A DNA stretch of 64,000 nucleotides from Deferribacterales bacterium (GTDB lineage Bacteria; Chrysiogenota; Deferribacteres; Deferribacterales; Geovibrionaceae), in assembly GCA_050253075.1 (NCBI GenBank), contig JBFWJS010000003.1, positions 405,972 through 469,971 on the forward strand, in the 5' to 3' direction. This document shows positions 20,652 through 30,772 of this stretch, one piece after another. A program made the translations under genes and the position numbers. Under the pieces are notes generated by a model, which had not been told where the DNA came from, did no database searches, and saw only the letters and a list, made by a program, of their open reading frames with translations. Numbering within the stretch: the stretch's first letter is position 1; each line of letters starts with the position of its first letter.

Positions 20652-21873
20652 TCATTAGTTCCTTCATCTTGTCTACTGCGGCTTTGAGCTGGTTATCCTT
20701 TTCGAGGTCAACTGTTGCCACTGTCATGCTGACGGCTGAGTTCGCCAGTTCTTCTATCTCTTCTTCTGTGAGCTCTCTGTGCTCGACTGTTATGTCGGGC
20801 TCGATGCCTATCTCGTGGATAGAACGCTCATTAGGTGTGAAGTATTTTGCTGTGGTCAGCTTTATGGCGGATCCGTCTATCAGAGGCATAACGCTCTGTA
20901 CGGAGGCCTTGCCGTATGTTTTTTCACCCATTACTGTTGCTCTGCCGTAGTCCTGCAGTGCTCCTGTGAGGATCTCGGATGCGGATGCGCTTCCTCCGTT
21001 TACGAGTAGAACGATAGGTGCATCGAGTTCTTTATATGAGAAGAGCTTGGATTTGTAATCCTGTCTGTTTTCTGCTCTGTCTTTTGTGAAGACCACTATC
21101 TTATTCGCAGGGAGGAATATGCTGGAGACATTGATAGCCTCTGTGAGCAGTCCGCCCGGGTTGTTACGCACGTCTATGATATAGCTTTTGGCTCCCTTGG
21201 CTTTCAGCTCTTCCATAGCTTCCACCACGGAGTCTGACAGGTTGTTTGTAAACTGAATGAGCCTTACATATCCGATGTTGCCTATCATGTTGCTCTTCAC
21301 GGAGCTTACTTTGATGATGTCTCTCGTGATGGTAACGTCGAAAGGCTTGCCCACGGATTCTCTGTGGATGGTGATAGTTACGTCTGTCTGAGGCTTTCCT
21401 CTGAGCTTTTTAACAGCGTCGTGCAGTGTGATGCCTGCTGTGCTCTCGTCCTCTATCTTTATGATCTGGTCACCTGCTTTGATGCCTTTCTTAGCCGCAG
21501 GTGTGTCCTCTATAGGGGAGATGACTGTCAGTATCTTTTCTCTCAGCCCTATTGTGATTCCCAGTCCGCCGAATTCGCCCTGTGTCTCTTCCTGAAATTC
21601 TTTCAGCATGTCAGGGTCAAAGAAGGTGGAGTGAGGATCAAGCTCTGCGAGCATGCCTTTGATAGCGCCGTATACGAGTGTCTTGTTATCTACATCTTCC
21701 ACATAGTTATTTTCTATCAGGTGCATAACCTGTGTGAAAGTGTCTATGTTCTTATATTTTTCTGTTTTCGCCGCATAAGCGTCGGATGTTTTTATGAGGA
21801 GTGCACTTGTGATTATGAGTGCGATAGTCATGAGCCCTAACAGGACGGGGGTCAGTCTGAATCTGAGTTTCAT
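20641..21873 (-). CDS. ctpA: Carboxyl-terminal processing protease (S41A)
   Basis: LDPHS, GEFGGLGI PDZ, DVRNNPGG, SASASEI and YGKASVQ. Confidence 0.93.
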   Translation of the reverse strand: MKLRFRLTPVLLGLMTIALIITSALLIKTSDAYAAKTEKYKNIDTFTQVMHLIENNYVEDVDNKTLVYGAIKGMLAELDPHSTFFDPDMLKEFQEETQGEFGGLGITIGLREKILTVISPIEDTPAAKKGIKAGDQIIKIEDESTAGITLHDAVKKLRGKPQTDVTITIHRESVGKPFDVTITRDIIKVSSVKSNMIGNIGYVRLIQFTNNLSDSVVEAMEELKAKGAKSYIIDVRNNPGGLLTEAINVSSIFLPANKIVVFTKDRAENRQDYKSKLFSYKELDAPIVLLVNGGSASASEILTGALQDYGRATVMGEKTYGKASVQSVMPLIDGSAIKLTTAKYFTPNERSIHEIGIEPDITVEHRELTEEEIEELANSAVSMTVATVDLEKDNQLKAAVDKMKELMNAK

Positions 21874-21891
21874 TTAATGCTCCTGTATATT

Positions 21892-23052
21892 TTAAGACGT
21901 CAGCCACTTTTCGGGGTCAACAGCCTTGTCATGTATACGAATTTCAAAGTAAAGATAAGGCGTATTTCCCTCATGGTCAATATCTATTGTCCCGAGAATC
22001 TCTCCCGAGTGTACTTTCTGGTTATTTTTAACAGTTATTTCGTCCATATTTGCATAAAGTGTGTAGTATCCGCCCGAATGTTCCACAATGGCAAACCATC
22101 CGAGACCCCATGCGCTGTCCGTGTGTATGACCACTCCGTCATAGACGCTGGAGACATGGCGTTCGTTCGTTTCTATCTTTATACCTTTTTTCTGTACAAC
22201 CCCTCTGAAACCTTTGACCTTTTTCGTGCCGAAATGTTCTATGATTTTTCCTTTTAGGGGCCACTCGAGCTTTCCTTCTGCTGCGGCGAAACCTTGCTTC
22301 AAGCCTTCAAACTTTCGTTCCTGACCTTGTTTCACCTGTGCGGCTTCCAGCTCTTTTATCTTGTTTTCCAGATCGTCCTGCTTCTCCTGAAGCATTGCGA
22401 CATATTCTTTCTGTATCTTTTCATCCTCTTCGGCCATCTTGTACAGCTGCTTTACGAGGAGCTTGTTTGACTGGTACTGTTTTATAGTCTCCTGTTTTTC
22501 GTCGGCGGCTTCTTCCAGCTCAGCCTGCTTTGCGTGCAGTTTCTCCAGAGTGATTTCCATGTCTTTCTTATTTTCTTCCAGCTCATGCACCATCTGGAAC
22601 AGCTTGCTGTCCACTCGGGCGATTATCTGCAGCCCCGCGGTGACCTCTGTCAGTTCGTCGCCGAGGATGAGTGCCTCTAGTAGCTCTGTCTCTCCTGCGC
22701 CCGCCAGATAAAAATTTGCCGCTCTGATATTATCCTCGAGCTCCTTTTGTCTGGATGTCTGTTTTGTCTTCTGAAAGTTGAGAAATGCTATGTCTTTCCC
22801 CGCCTGAGTGAGCCTTTTATTCAGCTTGTTTGCGAGCTTTTTATGATACTGCAGCTCGAGCTCTGCTTTTTTAAGCTCTTTTGCTGCTTTCAGTTTTTCG
22901 TTTTTAAGTGTGCTTATCTCGTTCTTTTCGACGGTGATCATATCTTTTATCTGAGACAGGTTCTTATCAGACCGAGATATCTCGTCGGCGATGTCACCGG
23001 CGAAGAGGGGCGAGCTTATCAGCATGGCGAGCATAAAAAGTCTAAATTTCAT
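21892..23052 (-). CDS. envC: Murein hydrolase activator EnvC-like (coiled coil plus degenerate M23)
   Basis: Signal peptide, long coiled coil, LEWPLKG...LYFEIR..DKAVDP; follows ftsEX. Confidence 0.85.
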   Translation of the reverse strand: MKFRLFMLAMLISSPLFAGDIADEISRSDKNLSQIKDMITVEKNEISTLKNEKLKAAKELKKAELELQYHKKLANKLNKRLTQAGKDIAFLNFQKTKQTSRQKELEDNIRAANFYLAGAGETELLEALILGDELTEVTAGLQIIARVDSKLFQMVHELEENKKDMEITLEKLHAKQAELEEAADEKQETIKQYQSNKLLVKQLYKMAEEDEKIQKEYVAMLQEKQDDLENKIKELEAAQVKQGQERKFEGLKQGFAAAEGKLEWPLKGKIIEHFGTKKVKGFRGVVQKKGIKIETNERHVSSVYDGVVIHTDSAWGLGWFAIVEHSGGYYTLYANMDEITVKNNQKVHSGEILGTIDIDHEGNTPYLYFEIRIHDKAVDPEKWLTS

Positions 23053-23929
23053 TGATACTCTTTAACCTCGCAAGGAATGTGTACACACATATGAAAGAAG
23101 ATATTATACCTATGCCTACCAGTACAAAGTAGAAGAACAGGTAAAGGGAATAATGCGGTACAAACAGCAGGAAGTATGAATCCTTCAGCAGGTAAGATGT
23201 CACCAGTGAGACAAAGATATAGTTACCCACACCGGCAAGAATGAATGCCAGCGTGGATTCCAGCAGTGACGAAAACAGATAAGGCACAGTCACAAACATC
23301 CTCGTAGCCCCGACCAGTGTATATACCATGATCTTTTTCTGAAATCTGTAAAGACTCAGCCTGATGGTGTTGAACATTATCACTGCTGCGGACAGGCCTG
23401 TCAGGGTGGATATGAACACCATAAATATGAAAGATGTACGCTTGACCCTTTTGAGCTTTTCACCCACACGCTTGCCGTATTCCACAGAGCGCACACCGCC
23501 TATCTGTTCGATGTGTCTGGCGGTCTCCAGTATGAGGTCTTCCTCTGCTGCATAGTCTGCAAAGCGCATCTCGACGAACTCGGGGAAGAGGTCTGTCGGC
23601 AGTTTTTCTATATTTTTAGCACCGGGGATGAGGTTTATCACTCTGGTCTTTGCTTCCTGTTTTGAAAAGAATTTGAAGCTGGCGGGCATCTGCAGTTCGT
23701 TCAGACGCTGGAGCATATAGTCCTGCCCTACACCTTCCTCGAGGAAGATGCGGACCGTCTTGATATCTGTCAGCTTGTCTATCGCCTGAGAGGCAGAGTA
23801 GTTTACGGAGAAGACCGCCATGTAGAAGAACAGCAATGTCGAGATAGACAATATAGATATGAAATTGCATCTGATATTTCTGAAGAAAATATTCAGACCC
23901 TTCTTTATAGCAAACTTGAGCCTATCCAT
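23042..23929 (-). CDS. ftsX: Cell division permease FtsX
   Basis: Four-TM layout with NTIRLS...LVGAT motif; downstream of ftsE. Confidence 0.85.
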   Translation of the reverse strand: MDRLKFAIKKGLNIFFRNIRCNFISILSISTLLFFYMAVFSVNYSASQAIDKLTDIKTVRIFLEEGVGQDYMLQRLNELQMPASFKFFSKQEAKTRVINLIPGAKNIEKLPTDLFPEFVEMRFADYAAEEDLILETARHIEQIGGVRSVEYGKRVGEKLKRVKRTSFIFMVFISTLTGLSAAVIMFNTIRLSLYRFQKKIMVYTLVGATRMFVTVPYLFSSLLESTLAFILAGVGNYIFVSLVTSYLLKDSYFLLFVPHYSLYLFFYFVLVGIGIISSFICVYTFLARLKSINEI

Positions 23930-24608
23930 GTATGGATTTCCTCCCGCCTGCACTGTCGTAGTCTATCTTTCCGTGGGTCAGGTGTATTATGCGCCCCGGA
24001 TATTCTTTTATTATACGCTGGTCGTGGGTAGCGATGAATGTCGTCGTGCCTTTTTTGGTCTTGTTCAGGATGATGTCCATTACAAGGTCGGCGTTTTTAG
24101 AGTCGAGACTGCCCGTCGGTTCATCTGCCAACAGGAGCATGGGCTCGTTCACCAGTGCACGTGCCAGTGCCACACGCTGTTTCTCCCCGCCGGAGAGCTT
24201 CTGCACTCTGGAATCCCTCAGCTGAAAGATGTCGAGAGCACGGAGCAGTTCGTATATGCGCTCCTGTATCAGAGAGGAGGAGAGATAGAATATTTCAAGA
24301 GGGAGCATGACATTTTCGTAAACTGTCATATCCTCTAAAAGTTTGAAATCCTGAAAGATGATGCCGATATCTCTGCGGAGGTATGCGACACTTTTATGTT
24401 TAAGATGGCTGATATTTTTATTTTCGAGTTTCACTACGCCTCTGGATGGAGCAAGGTCTGCGTATAACAGTCTGAGCAGGCTCGTCTTACCCGCACCGCT
24501 GTTCCCCGTTATGTAGATCAGCTCGCCCTGTTCGACGTGAAGATCGACAGCTTTCAGACCCTGATTGCCGTCTTCATATGTGACATCTACTTTATGCAAT
24601 TCAACCAT
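23922..24608 (-). CDS. ftsE: Cell division ATP-binding protein FtsE
   Basis: GNSGAGKT, LRRDIGIIFQDFKLL, LSGGEKQR and LLADEPTG. Confidence 0.93.
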   Translation of the reverse strand: MVELHKVDVTYEDGNQGLKAVDLHVEQGELIYITGNSGAGKTSLLRLLYADLAPSRGVVKLENKNISHLKHKSVAYLRRDIGIIFQDFKLLEDMTVYENVMLPLEIFYLSSSLIQERIYELLRALDIFQLRDSRVQKLSGGEKQRVALARALVNEPMLLLADEPTGSLDSKNADLVMDIILNKTKKGTTTFIATHDQRIIKEYPGRIIHLTHGKIDYDSAGGRKSIHG

Positions 24609-24615
24609 TTAGAAA

Positions 24616-25521
24616 TCATACCCCTGACAAAAATAAATACCATAAAGGAAGAGTGATAAGCGATAGCGGAATGCCGACCCCCATCATCATGGTGGCTAGC
24701 TTGCTGTCGAGGTTATACTGTATGGCGACGATTCCCCCGGTGATCATTGGGCCCATAGCGGCCTCAAATATCGTAACGCTGATCTCTTTCCCTGATCCGT
24801 TTAATAATATTACATAAATCATATAAACGAAAGACGGAATAAGCAAAAGTTTAAATAAAAGTCCGCTGAAGAGCTTTATCAGCATCCTGTCGCCCATCAT
24901 AAAGCGGAGCTGATATCCCACGGATACCATCGCCAGAGGGGTGATTGTCGCGCCGAGCCCTTTCATTGCGCCGATGCTCCATTCGGGCAGAGGCATAAAG
25001 CGGAACATAAGCCCGAGTATCACAGCCTGCATAGGCGGGAACATCAGCACCTTTTTCAGCAGTCCGAGTACGGAGACACTGCCTGATGAGTGTGTGCTGG
25101 CTATCAGTATGCCCAGTGTGGATAATACGAGGAAGCTGCCGGGCTGGTCGCAGAGGACTCCTATGCCGATGTATTCCGCACCGTAAAAGGCGGTTATCAT
25201 AGGGAATCCCACAAAGGATGTATTCCCCAGACCCGCTGTGAGTATCAGTGCGCCCGTCGTAGCCTGTGATAAGTTCATAATGCGCTGAAGCACCTTAAAA
25301 AAGACGATGGCAGTTATGAAGCTGATCCACGGCATCAGCACAGGGTAAAGCAGCTTTGAGCTGAACTGCATCTCATGCATAAACATGAAAGCAACGGCCG
25401 GCAGAGACAGATTGATGATGAATCCGTTTAAAACGAGAGGTGTCTGGTCGGGGAGTTTTTCAAACTTCCTCGCGAGGAAACCTGCCGCAAAACAAACGAG
25501 TAGTAGTACAAGATTATCCAT
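24616..25521 (-). CDS. AEC (auxin efflux carrier) family transporter
   Basis: About ten hydrophobic segments with GNTSFVGFP and EAAMGP motifs. Confidence 0.82.
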   Translation of the reverse strand: MDNLVLLLVCFAAGFLARKFEKLPDQTPLVLNGFIINLSLPAVAFMFMHEMQFSSKLLYPVLMPWISFITAIVFFKVLQRIMNLSQATTGALILTAGLGNTSFVGFPMITAFYGAEYIGIGVLCDQPGSFLVLSTLGILIASTHSSGSVSVLGLLKKVLMFPPMQAVILGLMFRFMPLPEWSIGAMKGLGATITPLAMVSVGYQLRFMMGDRMLIKLFSGLLFKLLLIPSFVYMIYVILLNGSGKEISVTIFEAAMGPMITGGIVAIQYNLDSKLATMMMGVGIPLSLITLPLWYLFLSGV

Positions 25522-25576
25522 TTGTCATGCTATCACAGATGTCATAATAATGTAAGGGATAAAAGATGGCTGAAAC

Positions 25577-26125
25577 CTAAGATTCAAGCCCGTTGAGGAT
25601 CATTTTTATAGTGGGGAGCATATCGCCCTGAAAGTTGCTGCTCTGGTGTCCGCCTTTTTCAAATGTGTATGTTCTGCATCCGTACTTTTCAGCCTTATCC
25701 ACGACTTTATAAGCGTCGATGACCTCATCGTCGAGGTTCATTATGATGCTGATGTTTTCCGCAGGCTTTGACTTCGGCTCGGATTTTATAGCCTTCAGGT
25801 GAGACTTGTTTACGAAGGAGAGCTCCCTCGGGTATTCTTTTATCAGTGTGTCTATGCGCTCATCCAGAAAGAGTGAGGGGTTAACCGATATGGACGGCTT
25901 GCCTGTGGCGAGAGCGAGATAAAAAGCGAAAAAACCGCCGAAGGAAGAGCCGAACAGCAGGTCGAAATTTGAGACGTATTGTATGATGCTGGACGGGTGA
26001 AACTGCTTATAGTCGAAAACTGTGCAGTCGGCAAGCTCCATAAGGTGAACCAGCTTACAGCTTTTGGAAAGGTCGAACTGTTTGTCTACGATGGATGCCA
26101 GCCCAGGCATATACAATATTTTCAT
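25577..26125 (-). CDS. YqiA/YcfP-like alpha/beta hydrolase
   Basis: GSSFGG nucleophile elbow, VNP, DEVID and GGH triad-like motifs. Confidence 0.8.
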   Translation of the reverse strand: MKILYMPGLASIVDKQFDLSKSCKLVHLMELADCTVFDYKQFHPSSIIQYVSNFDLLFGSSFGGFFAFYLALATGKPSISVNPSLFLDERIDTLIKEYPRELSFVNKSHLKAIKSEPKSKPAENISIIMNLDDEVIDAYKVVDKAEKYGCRTYTFEKGGHQSSNFQGDMLPTIKMILNGLES

Positions 26126-26220
26126 GAAGCATTTTAGCATTATTGTAATGATTTATACAATATTTTATTTAATACTGGTTTTTCATCGATGGTGCATTAT
26201 ACTTAAACAGAGGTGAAAGC

Positions 26221-27180
26221 ATGAATGAAGGTCTTAATAGATTAAAGAATTTTCCCATAACACTTTTTGCGACCATAATGGGTCTGGCGGGGCTCGGAAT
26301 AGCCTTTGAAAGGTTTGATCATCTCACTGGGAGCCATCTTTATGCAGGAAAATACATAATTTACGCCACTTTTGCTTGGTTTTGCTTCGTTTCATCTGTT
26401 TACCTGCTTAAGTTTGTGCGGTATCCGTCTGAGATTATTGGGGAATTCAAGCATCCCGTGCGGATAAATTTCTTCCCCGCTATTTCCATATCCATGCTGC
26501 TCCTTTCGGCTGGGCTATACGGATACATGCCGAATGTTGCCATCGTGCTGTGCTATCTGGGTGCGGCTCTTCAGATAGTTTTCACCTATGCGATTATATA
26601 CATCTGGTTTTATAAGGATATAAAGCTGCAAACGATGAACCCTTCGTGGTTTATCCCTGTGGTGGGCACTATAGTCGTTCCCGTGGCAGGGAAAGGCATC
26701 CTGCCAGATGATGTGCTTTGGTTCTTTTTCAGCATCGGCATCATCCTATGGCCGATACTTTATACCCTGCTGAAATACAGGCTGATATTCCACGAACCTC
26801 TGCCGATGAAGCTGCTCCCGACAAAGTTTATATTCATAGCTCCGCCTGCGGTGGCTTTCATCGCTTATTTCAAGCTGACAGGCTCGCTCGATCCTTTCAG
26901 CAGGATATTATATTTCTTTGCACTGTTTATCACTCTGATGCTCTTTACGATGTTCCGACGCTTTTACAGTGTGCCGTATTTCGTCTCATGGTGGGCGTAC
27001 ACATTCCCTATGGATGCAATAGCTATCGCCACCAGCATCATGTATAAGCTGACGGGGAATATCTTTTATAAATATCTGGCGGGGTTCTTCCTGATAGTTG
27101 CCGTGCTGGTCGTGGCGCATGTTCTTTTCTACAGCATTGTGAATGCTCTGCGTGGAAAGATATGCGTGCCCGAGGGCTAG
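26221..27180 (+). CDS. SLAC1/TDT family anion channel (TehA-like)
   Basis: FATIMGLAG, HPVRINFFP, PSWFIPVVG and SWWAYTFP motifs. Confidence 0.88.
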   Translation: MNEGLNRLKNFPITLFATIMGLAGLGIAFERFDHLTGSHLYAGKYIIYATFAWFCFVSSVYLLKFVRYPSEIIGEFKHPVRINFFPAISISMLLLSAGLYGYMPNVAIVLCYLGAALQIVFTYAIIYIWFYKDIKLQTMNPSWFIPVVGTIVVPVAGKGILPDDVLWFFFSIGIILWPILYTLLKYRLIFHEPLPMKLLPTKFIFIAPPAVAFIAYFKLTGSLDPFSRILYFFALFITLMLFTMFRRFYSVPYFVSWWAYTFPMDAIAIATSIMYKLTGNIFYKYLAGFFLIVAVLVVAHVLFYSIVNALRGKICVPEG

Positions 27181-27779
27181 GGTCTATACATCTTCAGCTT
27201 TCGGACGAATGACTGCATGTTTGATGTTATCCACATGATGAACGGTACAAGCAGACACGCTGTATCCCTCAGCAGAGTATAGGTCTGTTCTGTCGGCTTA
27301 CCATACTCGGCAAACTTTTCAACTTTTACGGGTGTCATGCTCACTGCTATGGGGAAAATGCGGAAAACTATCGCCGCAGCAGGTCCGAGCAGGAATGTGT
27401 AAAGTATTACGGGCATAGCATAATTAAGGTAATTTTCAAGAGTCGAACGGCTCTTTTCGTATGTTGAAAACCTAGCCGTGATGCTGAAGTATATCATGGC
27501 GGAAGAGAGCGCAAAGTACCACACTCCCCCTGCATTATCCGTGAAATAGAGCAGAAGCGACGCAATACCGAAGACAGCGAGCACAGTGAGTATAAGGGAG
27601 ATGAGCCCTTCTTTATACGTACCGTATCTGAAAACGGACTTCTCCGTATAGCTGACAAGGCTGCCTATCATCCTGTCCGGATGAAGGTAGAAATCTATCC
27701 CGCCGAAGTACCAGCTAAGGGATACGGCAAAGCCCAGAGACAGCATATTCAGATAGACAAGCTCTCCTGCAAACAACAT
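27177..27779 (-). CDS. Short, degenerate CobD/CbiB-like membrane protein
   Basis: 3' part of ORF 27177-28238, starting at ATG 27779 behind RBS GAGG. HPDRMIGSLVSYTEK and ENY...VILYTFLLGP resemble CbiB segments. Confidence 0.55.
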   Translation of the reverse strand: MLFAGELVYLNMLSLGFAVSLSWYFGGIDFYLHPDRMIGSLVSYTEKSVFRYGTYKEGLISLILTVLAVFGIASLLLYFTDNAGGVWYFALSSAMIYFSITARFSTYEKSRSTLENYLNYAMPVILYTFLLGPAAAIVFRIFPIAVSMTPVKVEKFAEYGKPTEQTYTLLRDTACLLVPFIMWITSNMQSFVRKLKMYRP

Positions 27780-27858
27780 AAATACCTCGCAAATATGACC
27801 TGTTACTGATACTATGATATATGAAATCCACAAATATCTCAAACAAAGGCTTATGTAT

Positions 27859-28989
27859 ATGAAAGAATTTTTTCCGTTTTTGACATTTCTGGCGGGGACG
27901 CTTTTGGGCTTTGTCCTTGCCTTTATCATGAATAAAAGAGCGCAGAAAGACCACGACAGGGAGATAGCAAACATCACCGAAGGGATGAAGGGCGCTTTCG
28001 CCGAGATATCCCTCGACAGACTGTCGAAGGACTCGCAGGATTTCTTTAAGACCGCAGACGGGATACTCGACACTAAAGGGAAAGAGACCGAAAAAGAGCT
28101 CGAGGGCAAAAAGGCTCTGATAGACGCACAGCTCCTGAATATGAGCCGTGAGCTGGAGCGTGTGCACACCCTTATGACAGGGATGGAAAAGGAGCGTGAG
28201 GCAAGGTTCGCCGAGATAGCCGAACAGATAAAAAACACCGCATCTCAGACTGAAAAGCTGACGGATGTGACAGTCGTTCTGAACAGGGCTCTTTCATCCA
28301 CGGCGGAAAGAGGACGATGGGGCGAGCGTATGGCTCTGGATATCATCCGTGCCACAGGCATGAAGGAAAATATCAACTACGACATACAAAAGACCCTCGC
28401 AAACGGTAAAAGACCCGATTTCACATTTTATCTGCCGAAGGGGTTCTGTGTTAATATGGACGTGAAATTTCCTCTGGACAGCTATCTGAAATATCTGGAA
28501 ACCGAAGGGATGGAGAAAGACAACCACCTGAAAAACTTCCTGAAAGACGTGAAGACCAAGATACGTGAAGTGAAGGACAGGGGATATATAGATACGGAGG
28601 AACATACTCTGGATGTGATGCTTATGTTCATCCCGAACGAGAGCGTTTACGAATTTATCCACGAGAAAGATCCGAATATGCTTGACGTGGCACTTGGCAA
28701 CGGCGTGATACTTACGTCGCCTATGTCGCTCTTCGCCGTGCTCGCCGTTATCAGGCAGTCGGTGGAAAACTTTGCCTTTGAGAGCACATCGGGCGAGATG
28801 CTTCAGCTCTTCGGTAAGTTTTATAAACAGTGGGACATGTTCACCACGAAGCTGGAAATGATAGGTAAGAGGCTGGACGATGCACAAAAGGCTTACGACG
28901 AGCTCATAACCACACGAAGGAATCAGCTCGAACGTCCGCTGGAAAAGATAGAGACCCTGCGCAAAGAGAAGGGGATAGAGATAGAATAA
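27859..28989 (+). CDS. rmuC: DNA recombination protein RmuC
   Basis: N-terminal TM, coiled coil, RGRWGE, RPD...DVKFP and MFIPNE motifs. Confidence 0.92.
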   Translation: MKEFFPFLTFLAGTLLGFVLAFIMNKRAQKDHDREIANITEGMKGAFAEISLDRLSKDSQDFFKTADGILDTKGKETEKELEGKKALIDAQLLNMSRELERVHTLMTGMEKEREARFAEIAEQIKNTASQTEKLTDVTVVLNRALSSTAERGRWGERMALDIIRATGMKENINYDIQKTLANGKRPDFTFYLPKGFCVNMDVKFPLDSYLKYLETEGMEKDNHLKNFLKDVKTKIREVKDRGYIDTEEHTLDVMLMFIPNESVYEFIHEKDPNMLDVALGNGVILTSPMSLFAVLAVIRQSVENFAFESTSGEMLQLFGKFYKQWDMFTTKLEMIGKRLDDAQKAYDELITTRRNQLERPLEKIETLRKEKGIEIE

Positions 28990-29053
28990 AAGTAAAGGGC
29001 ACGCTCAGGTCAAGGGACTTAAAAGACGTGTTGAAATTTTGACGCATAATAAT

Positions 29054-29092
29054 AAAATCCCCGTTGTTTATAGTAACATCGGGGATTTTTTG
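29054..29092 (+). terminator. Intrinsic terminator, probably bidirectional
   Basis: AAAATCCCCG...CGGGGATTTTTT hairpin between convergent rmuC and cueO. Confidence 0.8.
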
Positions 29093-29109
29093 TTTCAGGA
29101 GAATTCTTT

Positions 29110-29192
29110 CGTCATCCTGAGGCTTTAGCCGAAGGATCTGAACACGCGGGTTCGCTAATGGTATCAGATTCTTCGCCTCGCTCAGAATGACG
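29110..29192. repeat. CGTC-tagged REP-like palindromic element
   Basis: CGTCATCCTGAG...CGAAGGATCTG [spacer] CAGATTCTTCG...CTCAGAATGACG, inverted arms ending in CGTC/GACG. Confidence 0.7.
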
Positions 29193-29226
29193 TAGTTTAA
29201 GAGGCTTAACGCTCAGGTGCCCTTTT

Positions 29227-30633
29227 TTATTTAACGAGATATTGCCCCATCATACCGCTTTCTTCGTGTTCCAGTATGTGGCAGTGGTACATGTACAGAC
29301 CTTTATGCTGAAATCCCGCAAGCAGCTGAACGTGCTCTCCGTCGGGGAGGGCGACAGTGTCTTTCCACCCGCTTTCTTCCGGGGCAGGCGGGTTGCCGTT
29401 CCTCGAGATTATTTTAAACAGTGTACCGTGTGCGTGGAAGTTGTGTATTACACCTTCTCCCGATCCGCACATCATGCCCATCCTGCTTGTCACGTCCCAT
29501 ACTTCTGTCGTGCCGAATTTGACATATTCGTCGATGCGTTTCATGTCCATCTGTTTATTGTTTATGGTTACCATACGCCCCATGCCTGACATTGCGAAAG
29601 ACCTTGTCCCTGACACAGACGCAGTGTCCTGTGCTTCTGCTTTGATCAGCTTTTCTGGAAGGCCTTTCGAACCCTTAGTAGATGTCACTCGCAGCTTCAT
29701 GAAGTCGTATCCTGTGCTGGAGAGATAGATTTCTTCACCTGCTTTATACCTGCTGAAGTCGGCTAAAATCTCATACCTTTCCCCAGGGGATATCCTTATG
29801 ACATCCTTTCTGACCGGAGCGGGGAGGAATCCGCCGTCCGAAGCGATAACGTGAAAAGGTGTGTTGTCAGAGAGCTGAATGTAGTATGTTCGGGCATTTG
29901 AGCCGTTCAGGAGTCTTAGTCTTATGATGCCCGACGGCACTTCAAGGGTTGGTTCGAGAACACCGTTCACGATCACCTTGTTACCCATCATGCCGTAAAT
30001 TATGTCTCTCATGGAGGATAAATAGACAACCTCACCCTCAGGTGTGAAAAGCCTGTCCTGTATAACGAGTGGTATGTCGTTTACGCCGTATTCATCTGGT
30101 ATGTCCAGCTTTGTGGAAATATAGTCGTCTATAAGGAATAATCCGCCCAGACCCTTATAAACCTGCGATGCCGTGTTGCCGTGTCCGTGCGGGTGATACC
30201 ATGCTGTTGCTGCATTTTGTTCTATTGTGAAAGATGCGTTCCATGTGGCTCCCGGGTTTATCTGCTGGTGTGGTCCGCCGTCTGCTTCACCGGGGACAAG
30301 CAGCCCGTGCCAGTGCGCCGCTGTATGTTCTTTAAGGTTGTTTGTCACGTCTATGGAGACTTTCTCGCCTTTTTTTACTCTGATGGTCTTGCCGAGCAGG
30401 TTTCCGTTATAGCCCATAGTGTCTATTGCCGTGCCTTTCATAAATGTCGTCTTCCCCTCCTGTACGGAGATAGAGAAGTTTGAAACGCCGTCTTTAACAT
30501 TCTTTTCCAGTAGAGGCGGAACAGCCAGCATATTTTCTTTTGATTCTGTTGAGGCAAATGTCTTTTTGGTTATTAATGATGGAATTGCCGCCGCAGCGAC
30601 AGCACCCTTAATGAAATTTCTTCTGTTTATCAT
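29227..30633 (-). CDS. cueO: Tat-exported multicopper oxidase (CueO-like)
   Basis: RRNFIK Tat signal; HWHG, WYHPH, HNFHAHG and HCHILEHE copper motifs all present. Confidence 0.9.
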   Translation of the reverse strand: MINRRNFIKGAVAAAAIPSLITKKTFASTESKENMLAVPPLLEKNVKDGVSNFSISVQEGKTTFMKGTAIDTMGYNGNLLGKTIRVKKGEKVSIDVTNNLKEHTAAHWHGLLVPGEADGGPHQQINPGATWNASFTIEQNAATAWYHPHGHGNTASQVYKGLGGLFLIDDYISTKLDIPDEYGVNDIPLVIQDRLFTPEGEVVYLSSMRDIIYGMMGNKVIVNGVLEPTLEVPSGIIRLRLLNGSNARTYYIQLSDNTPFHVIASDGGFLPAPVRKDVIRISPGERYEILADFSRYKAGEEIYLSSTGYDFMKLRVTSTKGSKGLPEKLIKAEAQDTASVSGTRSFAMSGMGRMVTINNKQMDMKRIDEYVKFGTTEVWDVTSRMGMMCGSGEGVIHNFHAHGTLFKIISRNGNPPAPEESGWKDTVALPDGEHVQLLAGFQHKGLYMYHCHILEHEESGMMGQYLVK

Positions 30634-30772
30634 TCTTTCCTCCTGAGAGGTTAAAAGCAATCATGATACCAAAAAAATATTATTATAAGTTATTGATATA
30701 TAAGGGACGTGATTTTCAGGTAAAGAATTTTATGCAGGATATTCACACGGACTATAGAATATTCTCCAGTTT

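Noticed and set aside
27780..28238. N-terminal extension of ORF 27177-28238
   Set aside because: Antisense shadow of rmuC; an RBS supports the start at 27779
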